DNA of 64,000 nucleotides from Octopus vulgaris (GCA_951406725.2 OX597815.1:159092001-159156000); one strand, 5' to 3'. Positions 37,844 to 52,211 are shown, counted from the first letter of the stretch. Notes: generated by a model from the sequence alone, not told the origin. Numbers and translations: made by a program.

Positions 37844-38001
37844 ATCAAAACAGTTTGATTCAAAGTCCTTGGTATTCTGAGTTTCAAGCACGATGCTAAT
37901 CTTTGGCCACTGGAGTTTGAAGAATAGCATCATGCTTGAAACTCAGAGTACCAAGGAGTTCAAATCAAACTGTTTTGATCCGTACATGTAGCTCCCAATA
38001 A
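37841..38001. ncRNA. Inverted pair of degenerate hammerhead-like motifs (PLE terminal-repeat-like palindrome)
   Basis: ~58-bp inverted arms. Plus: TTGAAGA-atagcatcatgctt-GAAAC-tcaga-GTA-cca. Minus: tgg-CCAAAGA-ttagcatcgtgctt-GAAAC-tcaga-ATA-cca. AATAAA near 37996. Confidence 0.55.
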
Positions 38002-38338
38002 ATGCGCTGAGTGCCCTTCTTTCGTTTGTCTACTCACCCATATACATACATACATACATATATATATATATATACTAGGTGTAGGAGTGGCTGTGTGGTA
38101 CGTAGCTTGCTTACCAACCACATGGTTCTGGGTTCAGTCCCATTGCATGGCACCTTAGGCAAGTGTCTTCTACTAAAGCCTCCGGCCAACCAAAGCCTTG
38201 TGAGTGGATTTGGTAGATGGAAACTGAAAGAAGCCTGTTGTATGTATGTATATATAAATATATATAAGGAGCATCCTCGTTCGAATTGCTTTGCTGCGCC
38301 TTTGTTTTGTTTTGTTCTGACAACGTAATTCCTGGTTT

Positions 38339-38418
38339 TTCCTGAAGAGTAAGCTGCAATATGGTATCCTTATTTAATCAGAATTTGGAAAATTGTGGCC
38401 TTTGAAACATGTGTAGAA
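38339..38418 (+). ncRNA. Type I hammerhead-like motif with extended stem II
   Basis: TTC-CTGAAGA-gtaagctgcaat...attgtggccttt-GAAAC-atgt-GTA-GAA; AATAAA at 38422. Confidence 0.7.
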
Positions 38419-38472
38419 TGTAATAAAAGGAATTCTGTACAATCTTCGTTCAACTCCATTTCTTCCATTCAC

Positions 38473-38520
<48 letters not shown>

Positions 38521-38521
<1 letters not shown>

Positions 38522-39026
38522 TAGCAGTATCGCCCGGCGTTGCTCGGGTTTGTAAGGGAAATAACTATATAAGCATTTTTAGAGAGTTACTTCCCTTATA
38601 AATTCGGGCTTTCTTAGCCATTTTTGTTTTGGTGTCTTCAAGCCATGAAGTCGTTGTTCTAAAAGAACGCTGGTTTCCTTCACAACGCATTACGACGTTG
38701 ATTTCTTTACACTCCCTTCCCCACAGCTTCACGAGGGAGGGAAGGGGGAGAAGCAAACAGGTGCAGCTGTGAGCGTGGACGCCAACTCCACCGCCATCGA
38801 CACACGATGCATTTTATGCATTAAAATGGAATAAAAAATGATGTTAAATTATTTTTAAAATCGTAGACTCATCGTTGACGCGCGCTAATAGTCAGACGGG
38901 CTCGATATGAATCACGACTATAAGATACTCGAATTTGGTTAAACTGCACCGCAAAATGTGGGAGGAGTTAGGAATCTAAATCGAAGGGTACAGACACTCA
39001 CACAACTAGAGTTTTATATATATAGA
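38521..39026 (-). mobile_element. Non-autonomous Helitron (same family ends as 9935-10327)
   Basis: Minus strand: A|TC start, hairpin cccgagcaacgccggg, CTAG|T end; inserted in (TA)n. Confidence 0.9.
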
Positions 39027-39245
39027 TATATATGTATGTATACGTTTGTGTGTCTGTGTTTGTCCTCTTAACATCACTTGACAACTGATGCTGGTGTGTT
39101 TATGTCCCCGTAACTTAGCGCTTCGGCTAAAGAGACCAATAGAATATGTACTAGGCTTACAAAAAATAAGTCCTGGGGTCGATTTGCTTGACTATAGGTG
39201 GTGCTCCAGCATGGCCACAGTCAAATGACTGAAACAAGTAAAAGA

Positions 39246-39290
<45 letters not shown>

Positions 39291-42024
39291 AATAAAATGA
39301 TTGTTTATTCTCTTGTCATCTCATTTTCTTATCACAGCTCTGGCCTTGACTAACGCTTCATTCTGAAGCATATATATATATATTGAATTCTACACTCGGT
39401 TGTTAGTTTTGCAATGAAATATATATACATCTTGCAGTAGATATAGTAAGACTGAAAGAATAAGTACCAGGCTTAAAATGTAAGTGCTGGGAGCGATTTA
39501 TTTGTCTAAAACCCTTCAAATCGGTGCCCCAGCATGGCCACAGTCCAATGACTGAAACAAGATAGAAAATGTCAAATCGCTGTATGAAGTATTCCAATAT
39601 ACATATGGAATCCTTCAGATTCCATACATATTTTAATGAAATGTCTCTTCAAGCTGTCTTCATACATTTCTCTATTTTTCTACAACCTTATAGGAATGTC
39701 ATCTAGGCTGTATAAAACTGCATTGCTTAAGTATATACATCAGAGTACTTCAGTGCTTGTTTTGAATTACCCTTCTAGCTTGCAAATATATTTATCATTT
39801 GTCTTTAAAATTCAATACCTTGCATGTCAGTAGAATGACTATATGTCAATATAGTAGAATTGTCATACTCAAGTATTTCATAAGCAGAAACATCTGAACA
39901 CAACAATACTGGACCAAATTTTTTATCACACCTCAAAGAAACAATCCCCCACCAAAAAAAAAAGTTATGTCTACAGTTGCATACTTATCAGAACATATTA
40001 GAGACTCTAAAAAATTACTGAGAGCTCATTGGCTATGTATCGAAAACTTTCATTGATAGAAATTCAGCATGAAGTTGATCCACTGTAAATACATTATCAC
40101 AAATAGGTTACAATACTGATCACAAAGTAGCTTCTACATAGTCACTTGACCAGCTGGAAACAGCAGCCAAATTTCTCTTAAATCACACTCTGTCATGCAA
40201 CAAAAAGGAAGAGCACAGTGGACAATATAGTTAGAATGATTTTGACCACAGGTTTGTTCAACCAAGACTAATTTAGAGCTAAACAACACCCCATCACTGC
40301 CATCACCACTACGATGACGACGACCACCACCACCACCATCTCTATTCTTTAGAACTCCAGTGGAAATTGGATTCCATTTTATAACTCTTCTCTTTTGCTG
40401 TGACCATAGTGGGGCACTGCCATAAGGGATTTTAGTCAAATAAATCAACTCCAGTACTTGTTTTTTAAAGTAAGGTACCAATTTTGTTGGTCTCTTTTTT
40501 CAAACCATTAGGTTAAGTGGATGTAAACAGACCAATATTGGTTGTCAAGTGGCAGGATGCGTGTCTGTGATAAATGTAAAGATTCACACATATACAAATA
40601 TACACTAGCCAATCCATGCCAGCATGGAAAATGGACATTAAAGGATGATGACGATGATTATCATCATCATTCATATAGATACAACCTGATTCCATACAGT
40701 TTCCATCTACCAAATACACTTAAAAGGTCAACCTGGGGCAATAATAGAAGACATTTACCCAAGGTACCATGCTGCAGAATTGAACCAGAAACCACGTAAT
40801 TACAAAGTGAGCTTTGCCAACATGATGAAAGTACTAGGAAATTAGATGGGGTTTATTTGAGTATGGAATAAATTACACACACTCAAATTTTGGCAGAAAT
40901 ATATTTAAGATGATGATTCCTTGATTATAAAATTTCTTTGTACAGATGATTGATTCCATGAGTTTTCCTTGATCTTTGTAATCTTCAACCTATTGTTTTA
41001 AGTTGATTCCTTGTTCTACCCAGAATTAAAAATACAAAATTTTTCATTATTAAATTTTTAAAATTTTTAATTAGAAAAATTAATTTCCCTTTCAGCAAAT
41101 GCAAGCTTTTGACTATAGTACTTCTTAATATTTTAAGTGAGAAAATTAATGTTATTTTCTTGTAAAAAAAAAAGAAGCAAAATTTTATTCTAAGCTTTTT
41201 TTAATTTAGTAATTAAAAAAATAAACTAAATGACCTGCCAGTGTTTCTATGAAATACAAAAAGTAACATAGCAGCTGTATACCTTTGATGTGCATGCCAG
41301 CAGAATAATTGTGTGTCAACCACAGTATCATTATGACCGGTTTTCCTATTTTTCTTTCTCCTAGTATAGTAGCACAGCTGCGCCTATTACTCTTTCTCTT
41401 TATGCTGTCAACCACCACCTCATGTGTATATGAGTCTGCATCATGGACATACATGTATATATATATATATATATGTAGAGTGACCATCTGCCATCTGTTT
41501 CTTTTATCCACTCTGCCATCTAATCTCTACTCCATGTTCCCATAGCATGAAAGAAAGACCAAAACCAATGAACAAAAATAGTTATTTGACCTTTTATGTA
41601 GAATAATGGTTCTTAACCTAAGTAGTGGTGGTACTCTTTTGGGGATGCTGAGAGTTCCCATGCAGGTTTTATGTGGGAAGCATTGGGTGTTAAGAGCATG
41701 TGTGTGAGATGATTTTTCTGAGAAATAAGATATTTAAACCAAGTCCCATCATTATCACTGTCATAATTTCATTGTCCATTTTTCCATGTTTGCATGGGTT
41801 GGACAGAATTTATCATAGGCTAATTTTCTATGGCCAGATGCTCTGTCTGTCACCAACCCCCACTTATTTCCAAGCAAGGTAATATATTTCCTCATGACTG
41901 TATGACATTGACAATTATTCTACAACTTTCATATGATGTCAAGGACAGGATACACACACACACGTGATGGGCTTCTTTCAGTTTCTCTGAGCCAAATCCA
42001 TTCACAAGCATTATTTCACATAGC

Positions 42025-42440
42025 AGGCAAAATGCTTTGTGGCATTTAATCTGTCTTTATGCTCTGAGTTCAAATTCTGCTGAGATTGACTTTACCTTTC
42101 ATCCTTTCGGGGTCAATAAAATAAGTACTAGTCATCGCTGGAGCAGATATAATTGACTAGTCCCCTCCCACAAAATTACTGGCCTTGTGCCTATAATAGA
42201 AAGGATTATTATTATTATTATTATTATTAAGGCAGTGAACCGGCAGAATTGTTAGCAAGTTGGATGAAATGCTTAGTGGTATTTCACCTGTCGCTACGTT
42301 CTGAGTTCAAATTCTGCTGAGGTTAACTTTGTCTTTCATCCTTTTGGGGTCAATAAAATAAGTACCAGTTGAACACTGGAATTGATGTAATTAACTCATC
42401 CCCTTCCCACAATTGCTGCCCTTGTGGAAAAATTTGGAAC
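42025..42440 (+). mobile_element. Two adjacent SINE family B copies separated by (ATT)n
   Basis: Family B core occurs twice. Confidence 0.8.
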
Positions 42441-42781
42441 CATTATTATTATTATTATTATTGTTGTTGTTGTTGTTGCTGTTGTTATTATTTAAAAGTT
42501 TGGTTCAGCCCTTTTTGTAGGCTTGTTACAAGAATCTAGCACACTAGGCTCAGACAGCCAAATGGAGAGCAGCAGGAAGTCCAACATGACTGCTGGGACC
42601 TGGGATGCTATTGGTCAGGCAGGTCGCATGGTGTTGCTGGAATTATAGTGACCTCAAATCTATTGAAATAGAGATCCTGATCTGAAATTCTTGGAACTGT
42701 GTGGCTGGACAGGAAGTTGATGGCACCTCACAGTCTGGATAGTATTCAAAGGAACTTAAGTGACATTAATAACAAGCAAGG

Positions 42782-42817
<36 letters not shown>

Positions 42818-42974
42818 ATGAATGCATGTGAGTTAGTATCTGTTGTACGCATGAGTGTGCATATATGTATACAAACACTTTTGCCATCCGTTATGAATGG
42901 TCTGAGACTCTGAATGTTGGATGAAATGCTTAGTGGCTCCCTAAGCAGCAGTTTGAACAAGGTTTTTTTTTTAA

Positions 42975-43194
42975 CCCTTCAGCATTTAAATTAGTCATAT
43001 CCGGTCCAGATATGCCTCCTGTTTTAAGTTCAAAGTGATAAGGTCTAACCTCTGGCATCTACCCAGCAATGCCATCCTTAAAATAGACAATAAGATCATT
43101 GTGATCTCAAAGCTATGAGACAATACATGATTAATTCAAAACAATATGAACAAATAAGCTTCACATTTGGCAGAATAATTTTGACACGAATGGG
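42975..43194. mobile_element. piggyBac-type MITE (family F)
   Basis: TTAA|ccc ... ggg|ttac; related to 53548-53767, 46800-47015 and 55440-55661. Confidence 0.7.
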
Positions 43195-45706
43195 TTACAT
43201 TTAAAATTTTTTACGTGCAAAACTAGCAGATGTTATTCATGCTAGTCCAACTGCCCCACTCTCCACTGTCTTCATGCTGCGAAATATTCATCCAAGGGAA
43301 AGACAGACAAGGCCAATACAACTGAGCACCAAAGATATTGCCGGTTTTGCTGCCAGAATGACAAAGTGACGGAACATATGTCACAACACATTTTGACAGG
43401 TATGTCAGTTGTCAAGCAGCTGTGGAGGACAAACACACACTTATAATATATCGTGGGCTTCTGTCAATTTCCATCTACCAAATCCACAACCAGGGTTTTG
43501 ATTGGATCTGAGCTACAGAAGAAGACACTTGCCCAAGGTGCAATGCAGTAGGACTGAACCCAAAACCATGTGGAGGGGAAGCAAAGTTTTTACCATACAG
43601 TGATGTTTGTGGCTGTATGTAGACACATAGATATAAAAGTATAAGTACATATAACCATACCCTCTCACATACATTTTTAGATACACTCATAAAAGCATGC
43701 ACATACATAACTAGACTCTCCCTCACATGTACACACACACACACACACACATACACACTTATATACTGTTATCTTTTTTTTTTATGTATGTACATCGGTC
43801 TTACTGTCTCTCATTCATGCTTTCCATATCTTGTTGAAAAAGCTAAAAAAAGATGCTGAAAGTCATTTCTCAAGCCTGATCACTGAGAGAAGAAGGCATC
43901 TATCAGTAAGATGTCAGTAGATGAGGCAGCGTTAATATATGCGGATATCAGATTTTCTAATGGAAGAAGAGTGCAGTAAATTTATTTAAATTATGTGTCA
44001 ATGAAGGAACTTGCAGAGGGTGGCGGTGGGGAGAGGGTGGAATGGAAGGAGGGAAGCAAGCAAGCTAGGAAGGAAAATGGTGGGGGGAAAAAAAGAAGGA
44101 TGGCACCATGCTAAAACTCTGAAAAGATAAAACTTAAAAAAAAAATTAAAAAAAGAGAGAGGAGGAGAAACATTAGTCAAATATCTATGGAGAAGAGGCT
44201 ATTTAAAGAGTTAGTCTTTCAGAATCTAACTTGCATAATAAAAGTACTTTCAGGAAAGAGACTTATAATGAGTATATACATACATATGGGTTGAAATGTG
44301 TAAAAGAATAAAAGAACACATGCACACACACAACATATATATGTAGAGACATATACACATACACTTATGCAAATATGCATATTTTAAATGTATATATATG
44401 TGTGTGTTAAAAATATATATATAAAGAAATGAACAGAAATAAGTAAGTAAATAGATGTCTCTACACCACCCCAAATGTGATTAATAGTAAGTAAAAAGGG
44501 AATATGAAAATTGAAAAGAATTATCGTCACACACACACACTGGAACATACAAGCATACATGTCACATATTCATACATACTCTCTTATACACACACACACA
44601 CAAATGCACATTAATAACTAAATCCACACACATAGTTTCTACAGCCTGATGTCCTTCCTAATGCTAACTACTTTACAAAGTGAACTGGGTGCTTTTTTTC
44701 ACATGGAGCTTGCGCCAAAGAGGTCACCAACTAACATGCAAAACCCATCACTCAGAACGTTTGGTAGTGATGAAAGTGGCTTTATGCAATGTGATGAGAG
44801 CTTAAAGTATGACAGAGTGGGCCAGGAGAGTATCAAACTTAATGCAAATACATCACAAATGGCAGATTAACAGTGGGGATTTCACCAGTGGTATCTCTCA
44901 TGGATTTAGTGTGTCTGAAAACTCAAATATATGAACAGCAGCTGAAAATTGTCTAGTATGTACCCACTGGTGTTGCAATTAGCCACTGGCTGATTAAAAT
45001 CCTATTATATGCAATAGGAGCAGTATTAGATTAAAAGAGTCATCTGCATATCATACTTAATGCAAATGCATCATAGAAGGCTAATCAACAACAGTATTTA
45101 TTTGAAGACAATATCTTTTAGCAGACAAAAGTCATCCAGCAGGAGGAGGAGGAAGAAGAACATTAGATGTGCATTTCTTTGTCTTTGAGTTTTGGCAGTA
45201 GCATATACTCACTGACAACAACATGCTAAGACAAAATCTGCTGCCACTGATAAAGGAAAAACTTTGGAGCTACCAGTCACTTTACTTGCAGAGATATTAT
45301 ATTCATAAAACCATCCAGATGACAGAACAATTGAAATTCTTAGAGCAGATAAAATTAAAGTTATGTCATGTTATTTGGGGAGAAAGAGAGTTTCCAAAGT
45401 GTATAATGTCAAAGGCATCATTTATTCTCCCGAACATTACCTTGTGTGAACTGTTTATCACCAGGTCATCTCTGACTGAGTAATGAAGTTCCACCTATGA
45501 CCATCCCATCTTTGTGTCTTTTTCAAACATAGACTGCGTAGCTTTCAGCTCCACTTGTAGCAACCTCCTGTGTGCTGCTAGAGAGAGTATTGCTTCTTCC
45601 CAGCTTTGTTTAACAATGATTATTTTTTTTACTAACTCTAGCTCAGTGCTTCTCAACAAGGTCCATACAACCCTAGGGGGTCCGCATAAGATTTTGTAGT
45701 TAAAAT

Positions 45707-46072
45707 TTACTCTTTTACTTGTTTCAGTCATTTGACTGCGGCCATGCTGGAGCACCGCCTTTAGTCGAAGAAATCGACCTCAGGACTTATTCTATCGGTC
45801 TCTTTTGCCAAACTGCTAAGGTACGGGGATGTAAACACACCAGCATCGGTTGCCAAGTGATGTTGGGGGTGAGGACAAACAGAGACACACACACACACAT
45901 ATATATATATACTACGGGCTTCTTTCAGTTTCCGTCTACCAAATCCACTCACAAGGCTTTGGTCGGCCCGAGGCTATAGTATAAGATACTTGCCCATGGT
46001 GCCATGCAGTGGGACTGAACCTAGAAGCATGTGGTTGGTAAGCAAGCTACTTACCACGCAGCCACTCCTGCG
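45707..46072 (-). mobile_element. SINE family A
   Basis: Similar to 358-832. Confidence 0.9.
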
Positions 46073-48359
46073 CTATTTATGTACAATAAATTGGTTATAT
46101 TTCTACAATACACAAAAAACAATTTTTTTTTATATAATTCCTTATCATCATCATCATCATCATCATCATTTAGCATCGGCTTTCCAGATGTTGGCATAGG
46201 TTAGATAGTTTGACTGGAACTGGTAAGCAGGAGAGCTGAACCATGCTCCAGTCTGTTTAGGCTTGGTTTCTACGGCTGGATGTCCTTCCCAACGCCAACC
46301 ACTACAAAGAGTGTATAGGGTGCCTTTAATGCGACACCAGCACAAGTGCCATTTGCACGTCACCATCATAGGTAGCTTTTATGCATCACCAGCACGGGTG
46401 ACTTTTATATGTCACTGGCATGGGTGCCCTTAAAGTGTCACTGGCATGGGTGCCCTTAAAGTGTCACTGGCATAGTGTTAAGTATAAAAATAAAATAGGA
46501 CTTTTTAAACATCGAATGGCTACGAGGATCTGAGTAAACTAGGAATGAAAGGAGTTCATAAGCAAAAAATGGTTGAGATGCAATGCTTTTGCTGCCTTAA
46601 GCATTCTAACATTCTAATCTAGCTCACCTTAATATCCTTCAATAACCCCAGTTCCAAGACTGTAACATCTTGAAATCTACCTTTGAAATAGCCACAACTG
46701 TTTCAGGCAAAAACAAAATAGTCTTTATACTTCTCCATTTAAAGAGTGGTTAGGAGTAGCAACAATATAGCATGGCATTATATGCTATAAAGCATTTCAT
46801 CCTTTAGCATTTAATCTGACCATATCTGCCCAAATATTCTACCTGGTTTTGGTTAAAACTGACCAGATCCAATCTCGCAGTGTAGAGAAACACACCACTG
46901 AAATTTGAAGCTACAAAATAATGTGTGATTAATTCAAAGCAATGTAAATAAATAAGCAATACATTTGACAACCCCACCACCAAAAAAACTCCCCAAAAAA
47001 CTGAACACTAAAGGGTTAATTATCTCTCTTGCTATGTTCAGTGTTCAAATCTAACCAGAGCTAAATTTTCCTTTCATCCCTTGAAGTTTCATAAATCGAC
47101 CATTAAATCAAAGCAATTGATTAAATACAATAATGACTTTTTGCCAAAAGTGGGGTGGAAAAAGTTTAATGTTTTGACACACATTTTGACAGCCTGGATA
47201 TTTTTAAATAGCAACTGTAGTGGAAAGGACATATGTACATGGGACTATATGAGAGATAGTAGTCAAAATAAAACCTAGGAGGTGGTCATTCTTTTGGCAC
47301 TGGTAAATAAAAGGTTAGGTTTCTCAGATGAGATAACATACGATGAACTTATACAGTAAGATGCCATACATAACGCCGACCTCTCCAACCCCTGGCCAAC
47401 TCTGTTAAATCAATTATAGCAACGGGTTATAACTTAAAATGTAATTCAATATATTTTTCACAGTTTGAGCTCATCATAACTATGTATCAGTTTAATTACT
47501 TGGAAAAAAAAAAGGTAAAAGGAAAGAAAAAAAAAGGGGGTGGACTTGGTACCAGAAATAAAGCTAAAATTCTTTAAGTCTTTAAGGCGTAAATATTTTG
47601 TTTTTGCAAGCAGAAGGAAGCATTAATGTGACACTGTGTTGTAATATTGGCTGCTTTCATTGATGGCTGTGAGAAAGTCTGCAGACAGCAATTATTAATT
47701 TGTCTGGCCCGCAACTAATTATGCCTGAGTGCATTTAATGATACAGTTCACTTGAACTATCACTACCAGTGTAAATGAAACTGGTATCACACAATCTCTT
47801 TAATTGAGCTAGTGTTCATCCTGTTTTCAGTAAAATCAAGCGAAATTGGATACACATCTCTGATCCAGCTGATATGTGATTGGAACACAGTTAATACTTT
47901 CAAACAAGCTTCCTTGCTCAACACTCACCTTAGTTTTCATTATTTGACTATGATTAAATGTGGTAAATAAATGGTAAGATAATAATAATAAAAAAATACA
48001 TAAAATAAACAAAGTAAAAATATATCTTTTCAACCATATGATAGTCGTGAATTTACGAATATTGAAATATTGAATGAAGTCTTGTGTTCTATAACTTGAA
48101 AACCATTCAAGTGCCAACATGACAGAATGGATAAATTACATTCTGTTCATGCACTCACACAAACACACACAAAGCAATGATGAAACCTCAACATACTAGC
48201 ATGATTTACTAGAAATAGTAGCCAAATCTCTTGCAGATTACACACTCAACCAATTTAAATAAAGAAGAATATGCTGGACTATATAGTGCCAAGAATATGA
48301 AGATAAGTGGATTATCATCATCATCAGCATCATCATCATTTAACGTCTGTTTTCCGCGC

Positions 48360-48513
48360 TGTGATGTGGTAGGAGAGAAATGTGTTCGCATGGATGATGG
48401 TTCACTTGCGCTAAATGAGGATGCAAAGAGAGAGGTTTGGAGATGCCACTATGAAAGGTTGTTCAACAAAGAGAATGAATGGGATAAAGAGAGTCTGCCG
48501 AATGTCGACCCAG
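48360..48513 (+). mobile_element. Short RTE-type LINE ORF fragment
   Basis: DVVGEKCVRMDDGSLALNEDAKREVWRCHYERLFNKENEW resembles the linker between endonuclease and RT. Confidence 0.7.
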
Positions 48514-49197
48514 ATCAAATGTGGAATATTTTTCTTATATCATTGGTTTGCCTAATCAGAGCTGATCTGAGGTTAACCTCTTAGTATTCATGTTACCATG
48601 TCAAATGTAATGCTTATTTTGAGTTAATAATGCTTGTCTTATAGCTTTGAGATTTGGAAGATGATTCTTTTATTCTCTTATTCTTTTACTTGTTTCAGCC
48701 ATTTGACAGTGGCCATGCTGGAGCACTGCCTTGAGGGATTTTTTAGCTGAAGAAATTGACCCCAGGACTTATTCTTTGTAAGCAAAAGGTATTTTGCCAA
48801 ACTGCTAAGTTACAGGGACATAAACATATCAATATCAATTGTCAAGTGGGTGTGCTGGGGCAGATATAAGTGGTGGACCAGATATAAATGGTATAAAAGC
48901 TAATAGGTTAAACAACAACATCAACACTCACACACACACACACAAGTATCTTGCTTTATGCAATAGTTGGAATATCTAATCTTGTCTTGAATGATCCTGA
49001 ACTTGATGAAAATAATAAGAGGTGGGAGAAAAAAAAGATTGTGTTAAAATATAATTAAAAGTATGGGTTAAAAAATATACTTCATAGGTGCAAGCATGGC
49101 CGTGTGGTAAGAAGCTTGCTTCCCAAGCGCATGGTTCTAGGTTCAGTTCCACTGCATGGCATCTTGGGTAAGTGTCTTCTACTATAACCTCGGGCCA

Positions 49198-49244
<47 letters not shown>

Positions 49245-49341
49245 TAGATCAGATTAGAGCCTGGTGCAGCTGCTGGCTCTCCAGACTTCAGTCAAACAGT
49301 CCAGCCCATGCCAGCATGGAAAATAGACATTAAACGATGAT

Positions 49342-49382
<41 letters not shown>

Positions 49383-49569
49383 TACACATGATGGTGTTCC
49401 ACACAGTTTCCACCTACCAAATCCACTCATAAGTCATTTGTTGGCTTGGGGCTGTAGTAGAGGACACTTGCCCAAGGTGCCATACAGTGGGACTGAACCT
49501 AAAACCATCTGATTGCAAAGTGAGCTTCTTAACTTCGCAGCCATGCTTATGTGTCTATCTGTCTGTATA

Positions 49570-49643
<74 letters not shown>

Positions 49644-50401
49644 GTAAAAGGAAAGGCCAAAAGATGAGAACATCAATCACATACATCTCACACAAGTTTA
49701 GAAATATCTCTGGAGGTTGGGTGGAGGAGAAAAAAAAAACAAACAAAATGGCAGGCTATGTCAGAAAGATGACTATATTGGTAAGAAGAATGCACTGCAA
49801 TACTTAATAGTAGCAGATGATGTATGAAGAGTGGAATGAGGGCATCTTAGAGCTGATGGTGGAAGGTTGTGGATGTAGAGCTATTGGTTGCGACAGAGCC
49901 AGAAGAGATTTGGTGAAGGAAGAAGTTACATTAGAACTGACAACAGTGCTTGCCAAGGTAGAGCTTTTAGATAAATGGAAACTTGTATAGCAATCAATTC
50001 CGATGATGAAGTTGATGAAGGCTGCACAATAAAATATAAAGAAAAGAACTAGTATGTATTTGTGTGTGTGTGTTTTAGTTTGTTTAAAACATTTACAATG
50101 GAATAATAGCATTATATTAAATATTCATGTGTGATATTGAAAAATGATTCGGAGAAGAGCAAAAAGTGGTGGTGGTGGTGGTGGTAGAGGGGAGTGGGCG
50201 GAGAAGAAGAATAAAGAAGATAATCATAGAGAATCAGAAGTCAAACAATTTATTATCCTCTTCAAATAACTTCCATTTCAGTAATTTAACTCCTATAACT
50301 AGGCTCTCCACACCCAAATGATTGTATATAACCTGATAGATGAGAAAATAGGAGAATGGATAACAATGGTTGAGGTAAAGAAAAGAAAGATCTGTGTGTG
50401 C

Positions 50402-50438
<37 letters not shown>

Positions 50439-50605
50439 CAAGCAGGTGGCATGTAAAAAACACCATTTGAGCATGGCTGTTGCCAGTACTGCCTGACTGG
50501 CCCTTGTACCGGTGGCACGTAAAAGCACCCGTTACACTCTCAGAGTGGTTGGTTTTAGGAAGGGCATCCAGCTGTAGAAACTCTGCCAGATCAGATTAGA
50601 GCCTG

Positions 50606-51270
50606 CATCCCCTCAGAGATCATAAAGCTGGCAAAAACACTTCCCTGCTTCAGCACCCTCATGACCTTCTGTGTTAGTGCTGGGAAGAGGGTACAGTCCC
50701 TCATGATATGTAGGATGCTAACATCATTACGCTTTACAAAAACAAAGGCAACCGTGGTGATTGCAACAATTACCGTGGAATATCTCTTCTCAGCACTGTT
50801 GTGTCCCCAACAAAGATGTCCTCAAGCAAGCAGGAATACCAAACATGTTTGCACTCCTCACACAAAGACGTATAAGATGGCTTGGACATGTTAGTCGTAT
50901 GGGAGATGGCAGAATCCCCAAGGACATACTCTATAGAGAGCTAGCTAGGGGCACTAGGTCTGTGACATCAATATTAGCAACTGGGAAGTGGTTGCCAGCA
51001 ACCGAGGAAACTGGCAATGCACCATAAAAGAGTGAATGAGGGAGAGAGGAGAAATGGAAAGACAAGAAAAAACGACAACAAGAAACTATAGCATTACAAA
51101 CAGCCAGGCAAAGTCTTCGCTACATTTGCGTCACCTGCCAGAGGGAGTGTTTAACCATGATAGGACTACACAGCCACAGCAGGAGATGTAAATGACATGA
51201 AATGTAAAAACCAGACTGGATTATTTTATGTGCAACTCCCATTGTCTCCTGAGACAAAAGGAGGCCAACA
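50606..51270 (+). mobile_element. Internally deleted RTE-clade LINE relic
   Basis: DANIITLYKNKGNRGDCNNYRGISLLS joined directly to VPNKDVLKQAGIP...RRIRWLGHVSRMGDGRIPKDILY. Confidence 0.85.
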
Positions 51271-52010
51271 ACAAAAATATTTGCACAACAGGCTTCTATA
51301 TAGTATCCAACTCACAAAGAATTGGTCAGCCCAAGACTATAGTGGAAGACACTTGTCTAAGGTGCCATGCAGTGGGACGGAACCTAAAACCACATTGTTG
51401 TAATGTGAACTTATGAACTTCTTAACCACACAGGCATGCTATTACTTTTCCTTTTTATGCTAAAGTAGAAAAATAATGTTACATTAGATCCTGCTCTGAT
51501 GTAAGCTTTACTACCAAGCTGAATAACCATGACTGGAAAGCTTCTGATCAAAAGGGCTGATCCACAAACTCATGTACCAGGGTTTACAATATATCTGCAT
51601 ATGTATGTGCAAACCAGTATAAGGAATTTTTAAGGGAGATGATGCAATTGCACAATCTATGCTAATCTTTTCTTAATGCACCATTGATGTTGTCCAAGAG
51701 ATACAAGTTGAAGAGACTTTGAGGCTGATCCATCAGACTAATGAAACAAATGTTTCGAAGTATAATAACTGACCAGAGATTGTCTTTCAGTAGATATATG
51801 AAACTATATAATATATATAGTTTTACATACTAATAAAGTAGTTTTAGGCACTTTATCCTTTGTTTTCTAAATGCACCCATCAATTTCAATTTCCAAAAAA
51901 AAAAAAAAAAATTGTTTTTTTTTTTGGTTACACATACCAAAACACTGTGTGTCTTAAAAGGGTTAATTCTTTGGTATTCAGATTACTCTGTCAAATATAA
52001 TGCTTATTTA

Positions 52011-52211
52011 CACGGGGATACTGAAAATTTCTGGCTTTGGATAAAAGAAAATACAAGAGGATCAGTTACTTTATGATTTTATTCAACATATTCCCCTCTC
52101 AGATTCACACACCTATTACAGTGGCCCTTCAGTTTTCCTAAGCTCTCAGAAAGTTGGGCCCCCAGCCAGGCCTTTTGTGATACTCTTAAAGCCAGGAACT
52201 TTTCAGCATTG
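52011..52211. mobile_element. TA-flanked mariner-type MITE nested in a family F MITE (about 51965-52390)
   Basis: ta|cacggggatactgaaaatttctggct ... agccaggaacttttcagcattg|ta; the host sequence resumes afterwards. Confidence 0.65.

Larger units (their letters stand above)
38078..39248 (+). mobile_element. SINE family A split at its internal microsatellite by two later insertions
   Basis: 5' half 38078-38240, 3' half 39040-39248. Confidence 0.85.

Noticed and set aside
39345-39369. TTGACTAA plus gcttca/tgaagc hairpin next to a TA tract
   Set aside because: GAAA and all downstream elements are absent; too little to call
45213-45246. Candidate minus-strand micro-exon (acceptor ...tttatcag, donor GTGAGT)
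   Set aside because: The translation (AADFVLACCC) does not resemble the expected TSEN54 penultimate exon
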